NCBI GenBank assembly: GCA_905178155.1
Contig: CAJINV010000003.1
Span: 7,001,612-7,065,611, forward strand
Reading direction: 5' to 3'
DNA from: Amoebophrya sp. A120
Lineage: Eukaryota > Protista > Dinoflagellata
Length of the DNA stretch: 64,000 bases
The position numbers and the translations under genes are program-made. Of this stretch, positions 17,247 to 27,922 are shown one piece after another. Below the pieces are notes generated by a model. The model had not been told where the DNA came from. It was given only the letters and a program-made list of their open reading frames with translations, and did no database searches. Positions within the stretch are counted from its first letter, which is position 1, and every line of letters begins with the position of its first letter.

Positions 17247-17668
17247 GTCTGCTTCCGAAGCCGACTCGACATGAAAGAGCGTCTTGTTATTATATTACTT
17301 CATCTCGAATTGCAAGTAATCTTTTTTTTATTTTCATGAAAGTGGAGATAGTCAAAGGAAAGTGATGACTTTCGAGGTTGGTTGCAAAGGTTTTTTTTTC
17401 TAAAACTAAAGCTGCAAGGGCTTCTTTTGCTCTTGTATTGACTCCTGTATTTGGTTTTTTGTTTTTCTATATTGTAGTTCAAATTTATTTACTCTTGCTT
17501 GGCCCGTCAAGCTACTTCTAGTAGTATTACACATAGCACTGCTAGAGAGCAGCAGAAAACTGTGACTATTAGTATTACGGTACCTCCCGTTCTTCCTCGC
17601 GATCCTTCTCAGGAGCCAGGTGTTCAATATTCCGTCCACGACGGCGTCGCTTGTCGGTATGTTCTTGC

Positions 17669-20600
17669 TCAGCACAAACCGAGCGGGTCCAGTTCTTCAG
17701 GAGCGGGTTTGACCACCTCCTTGCGAACGGGTCTGACGTTTGTTTTCGCTTTGGCTGCCTCCTTGCTCTGCTTCCGATTCCGATCTTGGACGCTCTCCCA
17801 CTCCTGCACGAACACCGTGGTTAGCTCCGAGAACGGATCATCTCCTGCGGGCACATGTTGTTGCCCGGGTGGTGCCAAAAGCGATTTGTGCTTCTGCTGC
17901 GTCGTTGTCGGTGTCGATGACGCAGAAGTCGATGCGGACGCGGACGACATGCCAACACTGACCGCCGGGGGCGCAACCTTTTTGGTCGCGGACGGCCTTG
18001 AAGAAGTTGTAGCACTTGTACCAGCTGCTCCACCAGCTGCTGCAACAAATGGTCCACCGGAGCCCGTCTTGCCATCGCTTTGATGTGCACCATCTGCTTT
18101 AGCACCATTCGCAAAGGCGTTTTGCGCTTCTGCAGTTTGGCCGGTACTAGAACCTTTGGAGGAGGCGACGACTGGTGTGATCGCTGTCTGCACAAACTCT
18201 TTCCGCAGCAAACTGTCACGAACCTCAACAACCGCATCCGCTCCGATGGGTTCGCGGCCGAGTGACTTTTCGGCTTGTTTCGTAACCTGCTCAAACAAGA
18301 CTGGGCAATGCTTCTGGAAAGCGCACAGCACGTCACCACTGATGTTGCTGCTTTCCGTTGTGGTCGGCCCTGCAATGTGAGTCGCCGGAGGTCCGGATCC
18401 GTTTGCTGCCGTGCTGACTGTCAACGAGACGCGCCGCCCGAGTTTCTTGAAAAGCGGCAACACATCCGCAAGAAGAAGCTGCTGCACGCGACTCAGGAGC
18501 GACCCAGTGCGGTCGCTGGCCGCGGTCTTGTCGCAGACCACAATGAGCAGGTATAGCATATGGCGTTCTCAAATGTTACATTCTCAACTGTTACATGATT
18601 TGTCATGCAAGATGAGCATTACCGCCCACACGGCGAAGCTACTTCGCATGACAAATTTTGGAAGGGCTAAACAGCACCTAAATCTGTGCGAAATTTGTAA
18701 TGCTACAGGTCCAACCTCCCGCCTTTGACTTTTGCCATTCTTGCATTACAAATCCATGTAACAGTTGAGAATGTAACGTTTGAGAATGCCATATAGCAGC
18801 TCCTCGATCCGGGACAAAGTTTGGCCATCCAGCTGGGGTATGAATTGCAAAAATGTCTGGGTCTGGATGATTCCAACTTGTCATGGTAAATCTGAAGCAT
18901 GCGAAAATCTGTGTTGCATGATTGCCAAAAGCTGCACACTTTTGACCAAGTTGGAGGGGAGTTTCTCATGCAGGATAGGCATGGCAGAGACCTCGCAGAG
19001 TCTGTCATGCTAAGTCCCGCATTCCAGACCTCATGGGTCATGGAAATCTGCGTGACAAGTCTACACTTTTCCAGACCCAGACATTTTTACATTTGATATG
19101 GGGGACTTCTAACTGATGGTCGCTGGTCGCTCCGCCGTTCTTCCCGTTTTTGCCGCCCGCCGACAGAAAAGTCTGTTTGCTGCTGGTCCTGGTGCTCTTG
19201 TTCCGAAACAAACTCTTCACTTGCCCGAAGGCGTAGGGAGAATTGTTCAGGAGCTTCACATTGCTAGTTGTACCGTCTCGATGGTGACCTCCACCGGATA
19301 AAGCCGTCACAGTGTGGTCCGTGGTAGCTGCACCACCTCCCGGACCGCCAGCTAACATGGTGGTATCGACGACCGTCTGCAGGGGAAGTCGCTTGCTCTT
19401 ACTGCGGTGCTCCAGGTTCGATACGGTCTTCAAGCACTGCTCCCACTGCTTCGTTGCCAGGGCACTGCTCATCATCAACTTGTAGTTGCTGCTGCTCGAC
19501 GAGGGCCGCGAAGCCGGAGCCGAGGCGTTTTTCTTCGCGCCGAGAAAGATATCGTCGGACATGAGAAAATGTTCTTCCAAAGGGTCAACGGCCCCCGCCG
19601 GATCTCGTGTCACCAGAGCGGGTTTGCGATTATGCTCCACCAGGCGGTGCACCGCGTCTCGCAGCTCTTCTGGAAACAACTTGTTATCTCCCAAGGCCTG
19701 CTTGCGAATCAGCGATGGCCGTCGGGAGGCGGGTTTGGAAAGACTGCGGGAGCGCTGCGCGGGCGCCGGTGCACCAGGCGCAGCCTGTGATGCCCCACCA
19801 AGTGTGTTTTTGGCGTAGTCAATGTCCGAAACAACCTGATCGCCTCGCCTTCCCTGGGTCTGCTGCGCGGCTGCGAGCAGCTCGTGTTGTTCCTTGTCTT
19901 TGTCTGCCATGAACACGGGAAACTCAAACTTTTCGGTGCGGCTACGTGGCTTGGACAAGCGGTACACCCACGACGACTCGACATCCTCGGCTTTCTGCGC
20001 GGCTTCCTGATCCTGCGTGTAGAAGAGGAAATTGTTCTTGTTCGTGCTGCCCTCTGGTCCACCTCCATCTTCGGCAACTGGTGGCAACCCAAGCTTGCCC
20101 GGAGGTTGAAACTCGCGCTCACGACCTTAGAGCTTTAACACCCGTTAGCATGAGAAGTGGTGAATTTGTAGTGAATTTTGCATGACAAATTGCAGACGAG
20201 TCCGCCGGGACATTGTCCCTCTTGGCCTTCTGGGAAGTGGGTTCTGCACACCGCAGAAGTCAAGGCTTATGCGGCGGGCAGCTTCTAGACATGGCCTGGG
20301 TGCCGTTCTTTGGCCATGTCTATTCGTCTCCCTGTGCTCGCATAAGAGCACTGCAGCAGCCGCGGCAAAGACGCGAAAAAGAAAGTGCTGCGAAGCAAAA
20401 GCAATTAGGCAAGAAGGCGCGAAAGCAAGGGCGAAAGGACCAGGCCGAGAGCTTTGACGCGTCTATCCGGCAGGCGCGTGAACTCTCCAGGCCTTTTTGG
20501 CAGAATATAGACGCGCTGAAGGCAACAGAGGGCGCTTGTCTTTTCCCATCGGCCCCACTTCCCAGGGCCTATCTGCGGACTTTTTTGAGCACTTTCCTGC

Positions 20601-23600
20601 GCTGCAGTTTGCTTATCACGGTCGAAAAGGGGCGCCAGGTGAGTTTTGGGGTGAATTTTGAAAAGGGCGTGAGTGAGTTTTGGCCTGCGGTCCCTGTTCA
20701 AAATTCGCTAGCGCATGAGAAACTGCGGGTTTTGGAGCTCCAGAAAAGTTTAACAAAAAGAAAAAGCCTCAAAATTCACCAGGAGAATTTCTGACCTGGG
20801 GATCACGTCGAAGAAAACTAGAGGACCCGAACAAGATGAGGCAGGAACACAGCTGGGAAGATACGAGCTACAGAGCAAAGCAGGCGATGCAAGCATCCAT
20901 TGCAACATGTCTCCAGAGGACATCCAAGCCGAGCCAGCCGCAACCCGTGAGAGCTACCCATTTAGATGTTGACCCAGTGCCCCTCTCCTGTTGAGGCTTC
21001 GGCCCCCTCCCTCTCGACCCCCTATGGACTCCGCAGAGGCAGTGTTGTATTGTGAGATCGCCACAGGCCGCCTTTGCTTCTTGGCAACGCACCAGGCAGC
21101 AAAGACGTGCGTCTCTACTTTAGGCTCTGACAGTGAGCGTCACCATCCCAATGGCACCAGGCAAGTGCTAACCTTTCAACTACACGGAACGCTGACTGCC
21201 TGGCGTCCTCCTCGTGTTCTTCATATGCCCCTTAATTCATGCATCACGCCACGCAATACAAATTCACTGCAAATTCACCCTTCTGTACGCCAACGCCCGT
21301 TGAAGACATAAAGCTTGCCCGGAGGTTGAAACTCGCGCTCACGACCCTATCACAGTGAAAAATGCCCCCCACCCCTGAAATTGCAAGAATCTGTGATGCG
21401 AAGTTTCCAAATGAAAGCTTTTTGTCATGCATGAAAGGAGTACGAATCTTTCTGATGCAGATTCTAGTCGTGTTTCGCATCGCTTGCATGACAAGCACCG
21501 CTCTTGCTGGGATCTTTTGCAATACAAATTTTTGCTATTCACGATCGGAAATCTGTGATGCTGATACACGCAAGAGGGCGAATGTTTCATTTGGAAAGAT
21601 TTGCAATACAAATGCTTTCAAGTTCGGGGGTGGGGGCATTTTTCATTGTAATAGACCCTGCTTGCTGTTCTCAGCCACCTCCCTGGTGCCGAGACTACGG
21701 CCATTTTCGGTGTAGTAGGTCGGTTTCGCAGTGGCTTTGCTTCCCGCACGTGTGGTGTTGAACTTTGCGTCGTTCCACGGTTCTTTCATCGGTTGGAGCA
21801 CGGGAACGGAACGCCCAAACGCGACTTGGTTGGTAAACTTCACTGGGGGCTCCGCTTGCTTTTCGGCGCCATCTTTCGGGCGGGGTCGGGGTTGCGACAA
21901 ACTGTTACAGCGGGACTGCTGTTCCTCGTAACTCGGGGGCTTCTGCTCTTGCTCGAGGAGGTGCTGCTCCAAGAACAGGGTTTTGTAGCTCTGCGAACTC
22001 AGGACGCTCTGCGCTATCCGACCAGCGGTGGAGACATTCTTGGGACAGGACAACCGGTCAAATATGCATCGCAAAACTTGAAAAAGTATCCATCGCACCT
22101 CCAGTGGCAGTCAGTGTCATGGAACAACTTGTTTTCTCAGCCTAATACTAATGGCTTCTACAACTTAGACTTACTTCTACGTTAGGTTCTAACATAAGAG
22201 TAGATTAGTTGTCATAAATTCAGTGTTGCAAGTCTTCGCCTTGGTGTTTTTCATAGCACGATGAATACATTACTTTTGTAGAGGATATCAAAGGTCTCCA
22301 CGCGGTTCAGCTTCAAGTTTGCCTCGGCTTGTGCCCGGTTGCAGATATCAAGTGTGAATGTGTCTGACCTTGGAAGTAAGTTCTTGTGGGGCTGAGTTCA
22401 TTGACATGATCAAGACACTTCCCGCTCGTCCAAATCCGAGGCGAGGCAGGCCAAATCCAAAAGTAAACCTTTTGCACGCTCCTGTGAGCAGCGATGCGCA
22501 ATACAGTAGGCCGCACTCTTCAACTTCATACCATCAATCTACATGCATGACAAACAAACTCCGTCACGCTTATTCGTCCGTCATGTAAATACAGATTTTG
22601 GTAGTTTATTTTTTCGGTTTCGCGGTGTGCGAAAATACATGGCAACGCAATGCCGATAGTGCAAGTCGTCCTAGCAAATCATATTCCAGATCCAGACAAA
22701 TTTCAAGCAGATAGCAGAAGGTCCGCAGCAAATCTGCTTCATCAGGGTTGTTCGCCACGTGGTCGACGTGTCCCGATTCTCTATGGAATTCTCAAACTGT
22801 TTGCATGGGCATCTGCTACATGATTGTGCTGATTTACTTTGAAACCAATTCTCCAAGTTTGTTTATTCCGCATCACAAGGCTGGCAAATGATTCGCGACA
22901 AATAATTCGCGACAAATATTAATTCGCAACAGCCGCAACGCCAGCGCTCTGAATAGCTCTGATTTCTTCATTCATAGTGTGTGTGTACAATCATGAAGAA
23001 ACGCGAGCTCATGAAGAAACGCGAGCGCCAACTCCCCCCTTTTGATTTTGCTATTCTTTTTCCTGCATCAGAAGCCAACAGCCAAGTCTATCACCCGAAG
23101 GATGTCCATATCCCGTTTGAGAAGCCCCTACCCTGCTACCGGCTCCTGTACAGAACCACCGCCGCCACCCGAGTGTATGCAAAGAAAAAATAAGTACTGC
23201 AGAGTTACACATTGAGTTGCAGCAGGACCAGCAAGACAGACAGCATGAACTGTGTACGTCCGAAATCATGCGTGCTGAGCTGGAGCGTCGTGATTTCATG
23301 CGCGTTATACCTATTCCAATTCCTTATGTATGTATGATCTAGATCTCCGCGCAATTGCATTTGCAACAATTTTTCATTCTTTCATGCAAAGTGAGTGCGT
23401 GTTGCTCTATAATTTCTTAAGGTTCTTGCAACACATCATTCTTCCTTGCGATAAAACGAGAAACGGACGTAGTACTTGATGAAACCGGAAACTCATACGA
23501 GAAGTTTGGGCCAGTCACGCCCGAGTCTTCAAAGGAGCTCAACGCTTCGGCACGGACGGAGAATTTTTTCTTGTTTCTACCGCTTTTGGCTGGCTGCTTC

Positions 23601-23653
23601 ACAACCCAGGAACCGAAAATCTCGTCCTCCGATGCCGCGGAAGTGGCAGCCAT
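17669..23653 (-). CDS. Hypothetical multi-exon protein interrupted by four TIR introners; 5' exons uncertain
   Basis: ORFs 21643..22098, 19038..20087, micro-exon 18794-18838 and 17669..18559 join in frame after element removal (NSKQG-REREFQPPGKL-GLPPVAED; HQLEVP-QLDGQTLSRIEELL-YLLIVVCDK). Linkage to the ATG at 23653 is inferred. Confidence 0.65.
18559..18793. mobile_element. TIR introner (235 bp), TSD TAGCA
   Basis: TIR of ~54 bp TATGGC(G/A)TTCTCAAA(T/C)GTTACATTCTCAACTGTTACATG... TAGCA at 18554-18558 and 18794-18798. Confidence 0.92.
18839..19098. mobile_element. TIR introner (260 bp), TSD TGGGG
   Basis: 29-bp TIR TATGAATTGCAAAAATGTCTGGGTCTGGA / TCCAGACCCAGACATTTTTACATTTGATA. TGGGG at 18834-18838 and 19099-19103. 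Confidence 0.92.
20128..21310. mobile_element. 1.18-kb intronic TIR element flanked by a 36-bp duplication of exon sequence
   Basis: AAGCTTGCCCGGAGGTTGAAACTCGCGCTCACGACC at 20091-20126 and 21311-21346. Degenerate TIR with core AGAAG(T)GGTGAATTTG(T/C)AGTGAATTT. Termini TAG...ATA. Confidence 0.8.
21348..21653. mobile_element. TIR introner (306 bp), TSD GACCC; second copy of the 11749-12062 family
   Basis: Aligns along its full length to 11749-12062. GACCC at 21343-21347 and 21654-21658. Confidence 0.96.
22529..22603. mobile_element. Putative 75-bp relic mini-TIR element, probably inside an intron
   Basis: TACCATCAATCTACATGCATGAC versus the reverse complement TACCAAAATCTGTATTTACATGAC. TAC...GTA ends. 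Flanks CTTCA/GTTTA match at 3/5. Carries GCATGACAAA. Confidence 0.45.
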
Positions 23654-24400
23654 CGTGTAGGAGTAAGATCTGGCAGCTCTTGGAGGTCGTGTTCGAATAT
23701 CTGAAGTTCTTGTTTAGCAGGCCTTTCAATTACAACACTGAGCTGCTATTGTTCGACCTATATATTTCAAGAAAGGCAACCAAAAGGGTCGTAAGTAGTG
23801 GTCCGAGTCCCCCTAGCTACTTTAGTCTACAACTTTACTATGAATTTATAATCATATTCAACATTTATTGTCCTTTGCCTTTCATGACTATCCGCATTCA
23901 AACTCGAGATGCGTGTCGTCTGATAAGAAGTGGTTTGGTGTTCCCCTCGTCGACGTTCCGAACTACATCTATTCGAGAATCGATTTTCTGTTTTCTATTC
24001 GCTCAGGCACTCAGACTCAGTTTCATCTCCTGGAAGCAATTGATATGCCGCGCTTGCAGCTGGAGTGCGTTCTATTCTAATTTTCTTTTCTTCAATCTTG
24101 GCGGCGTCCTCTCGTTGCATTCGTTCTGCGTGACAACGACAAGTAGCGAAGAAAGTGGGGATCGAGTCAATAACACACAAAGCATCAATGCTGCATTGCA
24201 TTTCATTCTAATGTGCTTACTTAGCCGAAGGAGGGGGATGCGATGCCTCTGCTTTTTCTTTCGCGAACAGTAACATGTCATTGTGATCGAGGGGTGTTGT
24301 GGTGGTCGTCCACATGATTTGTGCGGTAGTTCCATTTAGATTTGCTGAGGAAGGGGTGTGAATCTCACTCAAATCGCTATCGCGACGGGACGACATCCAG

Positions 24401-26930
24401 TCATGAGGTGCTTACGACGCCCATGGGTAGTTTAGCAGGTGCGGAAACAGTAGCTGCGTCTAGACCTTGGCCGAAAGTGCGCAGCGTCGTTTCCCAATTC
24501 TTTACGCATGGCTGCATAGTCTGTTGTGCCCAAGCCTGAAAACGCGTCATCTCCGCCTCCAGGAGATCATCCAGGGTCGTGAGCATTTGGCTTTCCTCCT
24601 CGATCGCCGACACCCAGAGGCGCAGCTCGTCTTCCTCTTCTTTAAACTCAGCTCCGCATTCATCCATAATTGTGGGAGGCGTCAGAAGCGTATCTCCTGC
24701 TGCGGATGACGACGACGACGAGGCCGATACCGAAGAGGTGGAGGCAGCACCGCCAGTCGTGTTCTTCCTAGTAGAAGACGCAGCGGCGAGTGCCTTCTTT
24801 TTTTTCAGCTTGGCAGATTTCGCCGACAACACCTCGGTGGCTTCGAGAATCTGGCTCACGATTGCGTTTCGCCGACGAAGTGTGTCTTGCGCGTTCAGTA
24901 ACGAACGAAGGAGGCGCTCCAACGGGTACAGCACTAATCTTTCCACCTCTTGCAGGTACCGGTTCCCCGCGTGAACGGTCCCGAGACTCATCGGCAAGCT
25001 ATCGAGTAAAAGTCCAACCTCCGTTTGAGCGTCACGCCATTCCAGCAAGCGAGCTACGCCAGCGCGCAGGTGGTGGAGCGCTCGTTCAAGTCTCTGCTTG
25101 GTGTCCGTCAACCACCGTGCTTCGAGCGCGAACCGGGCGCGAACACGCTGGAGCCAGACTTCGGCCTTTCGAGAATTGGTCAGCTGGTCCCCATAATGAT
25201 CGTCCTCGAGTTGGTCTACAACCGGGTCGCTGTTGCACACAACGTGGTCACTATCACAAAGCGCCCCATCTCCCGAGGCGGGCGTTCCTGCTGGCGTGGT
25301 CGTTTTACTATGATCATTTCTATCGCAGGACGAGTTGTTCTCTTCCTGATCGTTCGAATTAGGGACGGGAGACACGGTTGCTCGTGCACCCACTGCTTGC
25401 TGCGATTCTGTTGCTTTTGCCGGCGAGGACGTCGTGGATGAGCCGCGACCACGGTCGTCCCGGTCTACACCCGCTAAAAATGGTCCACCGCTACTTGACG
25501 ACACTGCAGCTGTCATCGTCGACGACGATGTTGTGGAGGTGCTGGACCTCCGCGCGGCGGCCCGGTTCGTAGGTAGAAAATTGGTGCCGACATAGGCTGA
25601 CACACTACGGGCGACCTGAGAAAGCTTCAACCCGAGGCCGAACGCACGACTTTCGGAGTGTGCCTTTCGCAAAAGCGTTTGCAAAGTGCTTCCGGTTGTA
25701 CTATTAACGGAGAAGGCAGGAGGACGAGCTGCTGTTGGCAGCTCCGCGGGTGATGGCGCGCTCGCTCGACCTGCTTTTATTTCAGCGTCCTCTGGAGCTA
25801 AATTTGGGTTGCTAGAATGGGCATGTAGAGTCCCCCCGGCAGTCGTGATACTGGTCGGAACGGCGGCAAGACGTGGAAAGTTGCGTTGTACAGTAGCGAA
25901 CTTTGGAAGGCAAAGCCATTCAAAAACAAAGCGCTCCGTTCGCAAGTCGCTGAAGAAATGCTCCGATGCGAGCTGGTTCAAGGCGTCGGCATACCACTGC
26001 GCGCGTATCGAAAAAACAAACCAGCTGTGTTCTCGTCTCCTCATCCAAGTAAAGCGACAACAATAGACGGCCGCTACGGAAGAAAATACTTACCGATGAA
26101 GGTGATTGACCATATCTACTTCACAACTCAAAAACAAACCCGAATTGAAATTCTGCTGGTGGAAGCAGGAGCTCTTCGGTTCCTTTAGCTTTAGATTTCG
26201 CAATAGCTGCAGCACATGTTTCACAACTACAACCCCAACGCAAACACTAAATTATTACTAATCATAATGCACAACATGATGCCACTTCTTGTTCTTTTCC
26301 GTTCTTCGAATATCCCGTTTGTACAATACATAGCTGGGTTCATCATCGAAAAAAAGTTCCCAAACAGATTGATACTGAGGATTAATGATGAGGAGACGGA
26401 GAATTATAGCTCGAGCTCTTTTCCCGGATCATATCTCTCGCCAGTAGCTTTTCTTCGTCTGTGAAAGTGGAAACTATCGACTTTCCCGGTAAGGCTGGCA
26501 TTATCCAGAAGGGAAACCTTTTCTGCAGTTGTTCCCACAACCAGACAAGGTCGTGGTAAAAACGACGCACCTCGGCGATTTTCTGGGCATTGTCACTAGC
26601 ACCTCCGTGGTCTCCTGCTGTAGCTGTGGCGGAGGTAGTGTAGTACGCTGATCCGCTCAACAACTTCATCGACCAAGCATCCTCTACTTGATGTGCCCTT
26701 GGGTTTATTGCGACTTGTCCATGGAATTGATTTTCGTCTATCCCCAGCACTCGTTTTGCCGTCGCACTGGTTTCAAGGGAGTTACGCGAAGCGTTGCTTC
26801 GAAGTAAAAAGACGGTGACTGCGTAGCTAGTCATCTGCGAGAGCCCTTCCCCTTCGGACTCGGGCTTTCCGACTTCGACGCGAAGAGCATCCGCGAGGCG
26901 AAACAAGTCCCACTCCCACTCGGCAGCCAT
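24401..26930 (-). CDS. PX-domain protein (sorting-nexin-like) with a C-terminal helical, BAR-like region
   Basis: VEVGKPESEGEGLSQMTSYAVTV and EVRRFYHDLVWLWEQLQKRFPFWIMPALPGK, continuing after an intron (~26440-26006) with RAQWYADALNQL...FVFEWL and long amphipathic helices. Confidence 0.75.
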
Positions 26931-27922
26931 TTCTTCACGAAGCGGGGGAAGGTCTTTCAGCGCGACGAGTTATCTGCAAGAAAGTCGGAACAAGAACGAC
27001 AACAACAGGAGCAAGACCCTGCTGTGTCCGCTCGGAGTCAATGCTAGTGGCATGAAAAAAACGTTATCTACCTCTTTGTCTTTCTCGGCACATAGTTGAC
27101 ATTTACATTTTTTAGAAGGTATATTTGTGATTTCTTCTTGAAAATCGCAATTGGATGATAGAGGGGGAAAATCGAAATTAGATGAAGTATGACCGCACAA
27201 GTGGAACGAAAGGTGGAAAAGCTTTGACCACAATCCTCATGACGATGACGATCATGTGATTTGTTCTTGCTGCTAACAAGAGCGAGATATATTTTTGATC
27301 TAGAGCAGGGTAATAAATTCAAATTGGTAGCGGAGCAAGACGAGAAACTGAGCTTCAAATTAAGGGAGAGGGGGCGGGAGCGTGTCGTCTCAAAAACGGG
27401 TACTGATCGGTTGAGTTGCTATACAAACATGAACATCTCTGCAACGTCAAATGTCACGAACAAGATCTGGAAATAACAGGTGGTGCGGGTCGCTTTTGAA
27501 AACTCACCACTCAACATTCAAGCTTTTGATTCGATATTCTGTTTCAGTTTCGCATCTGTGTGCGAAACCTTCGTCTTGTTTCTTCCTCGTGCAGTCGTGT
27601 TTCTCTTGTTGTTCTTCTTCTTGGAAAAGCAAAGCATTCACCTGTTTCGGTGCCATTTTCGGGCAAGACACAAGGCGCGCGTTCTTGCGCATTCGTTCTC
27701 AACATATTGCTCATTCACTGACTCGATAGATAGAAATAGGGACCACCGCTGGAGAACCTGGCACGTGAGACTGAGTGGGTGATGTCAGTCGTGCGAAACG
27801 TAAAACAAAAATCAGTACTACCGAAACGAACAAAGCTTCTTAAAAATTTGTGCTTGTCAAGATGAGATGAATCTTACATGTAATAGTACCTTGACGTGCA
27901 GTACCTTGACCTGAAAATTGAT

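Noticed and set aside
22891-23027. Short tandem duplications (ATTCGCGACAAATA; TCATGAAGAAACGCGAGC x2)
   Set aside because: Ordinary slippage repeats in probable intron sequence.
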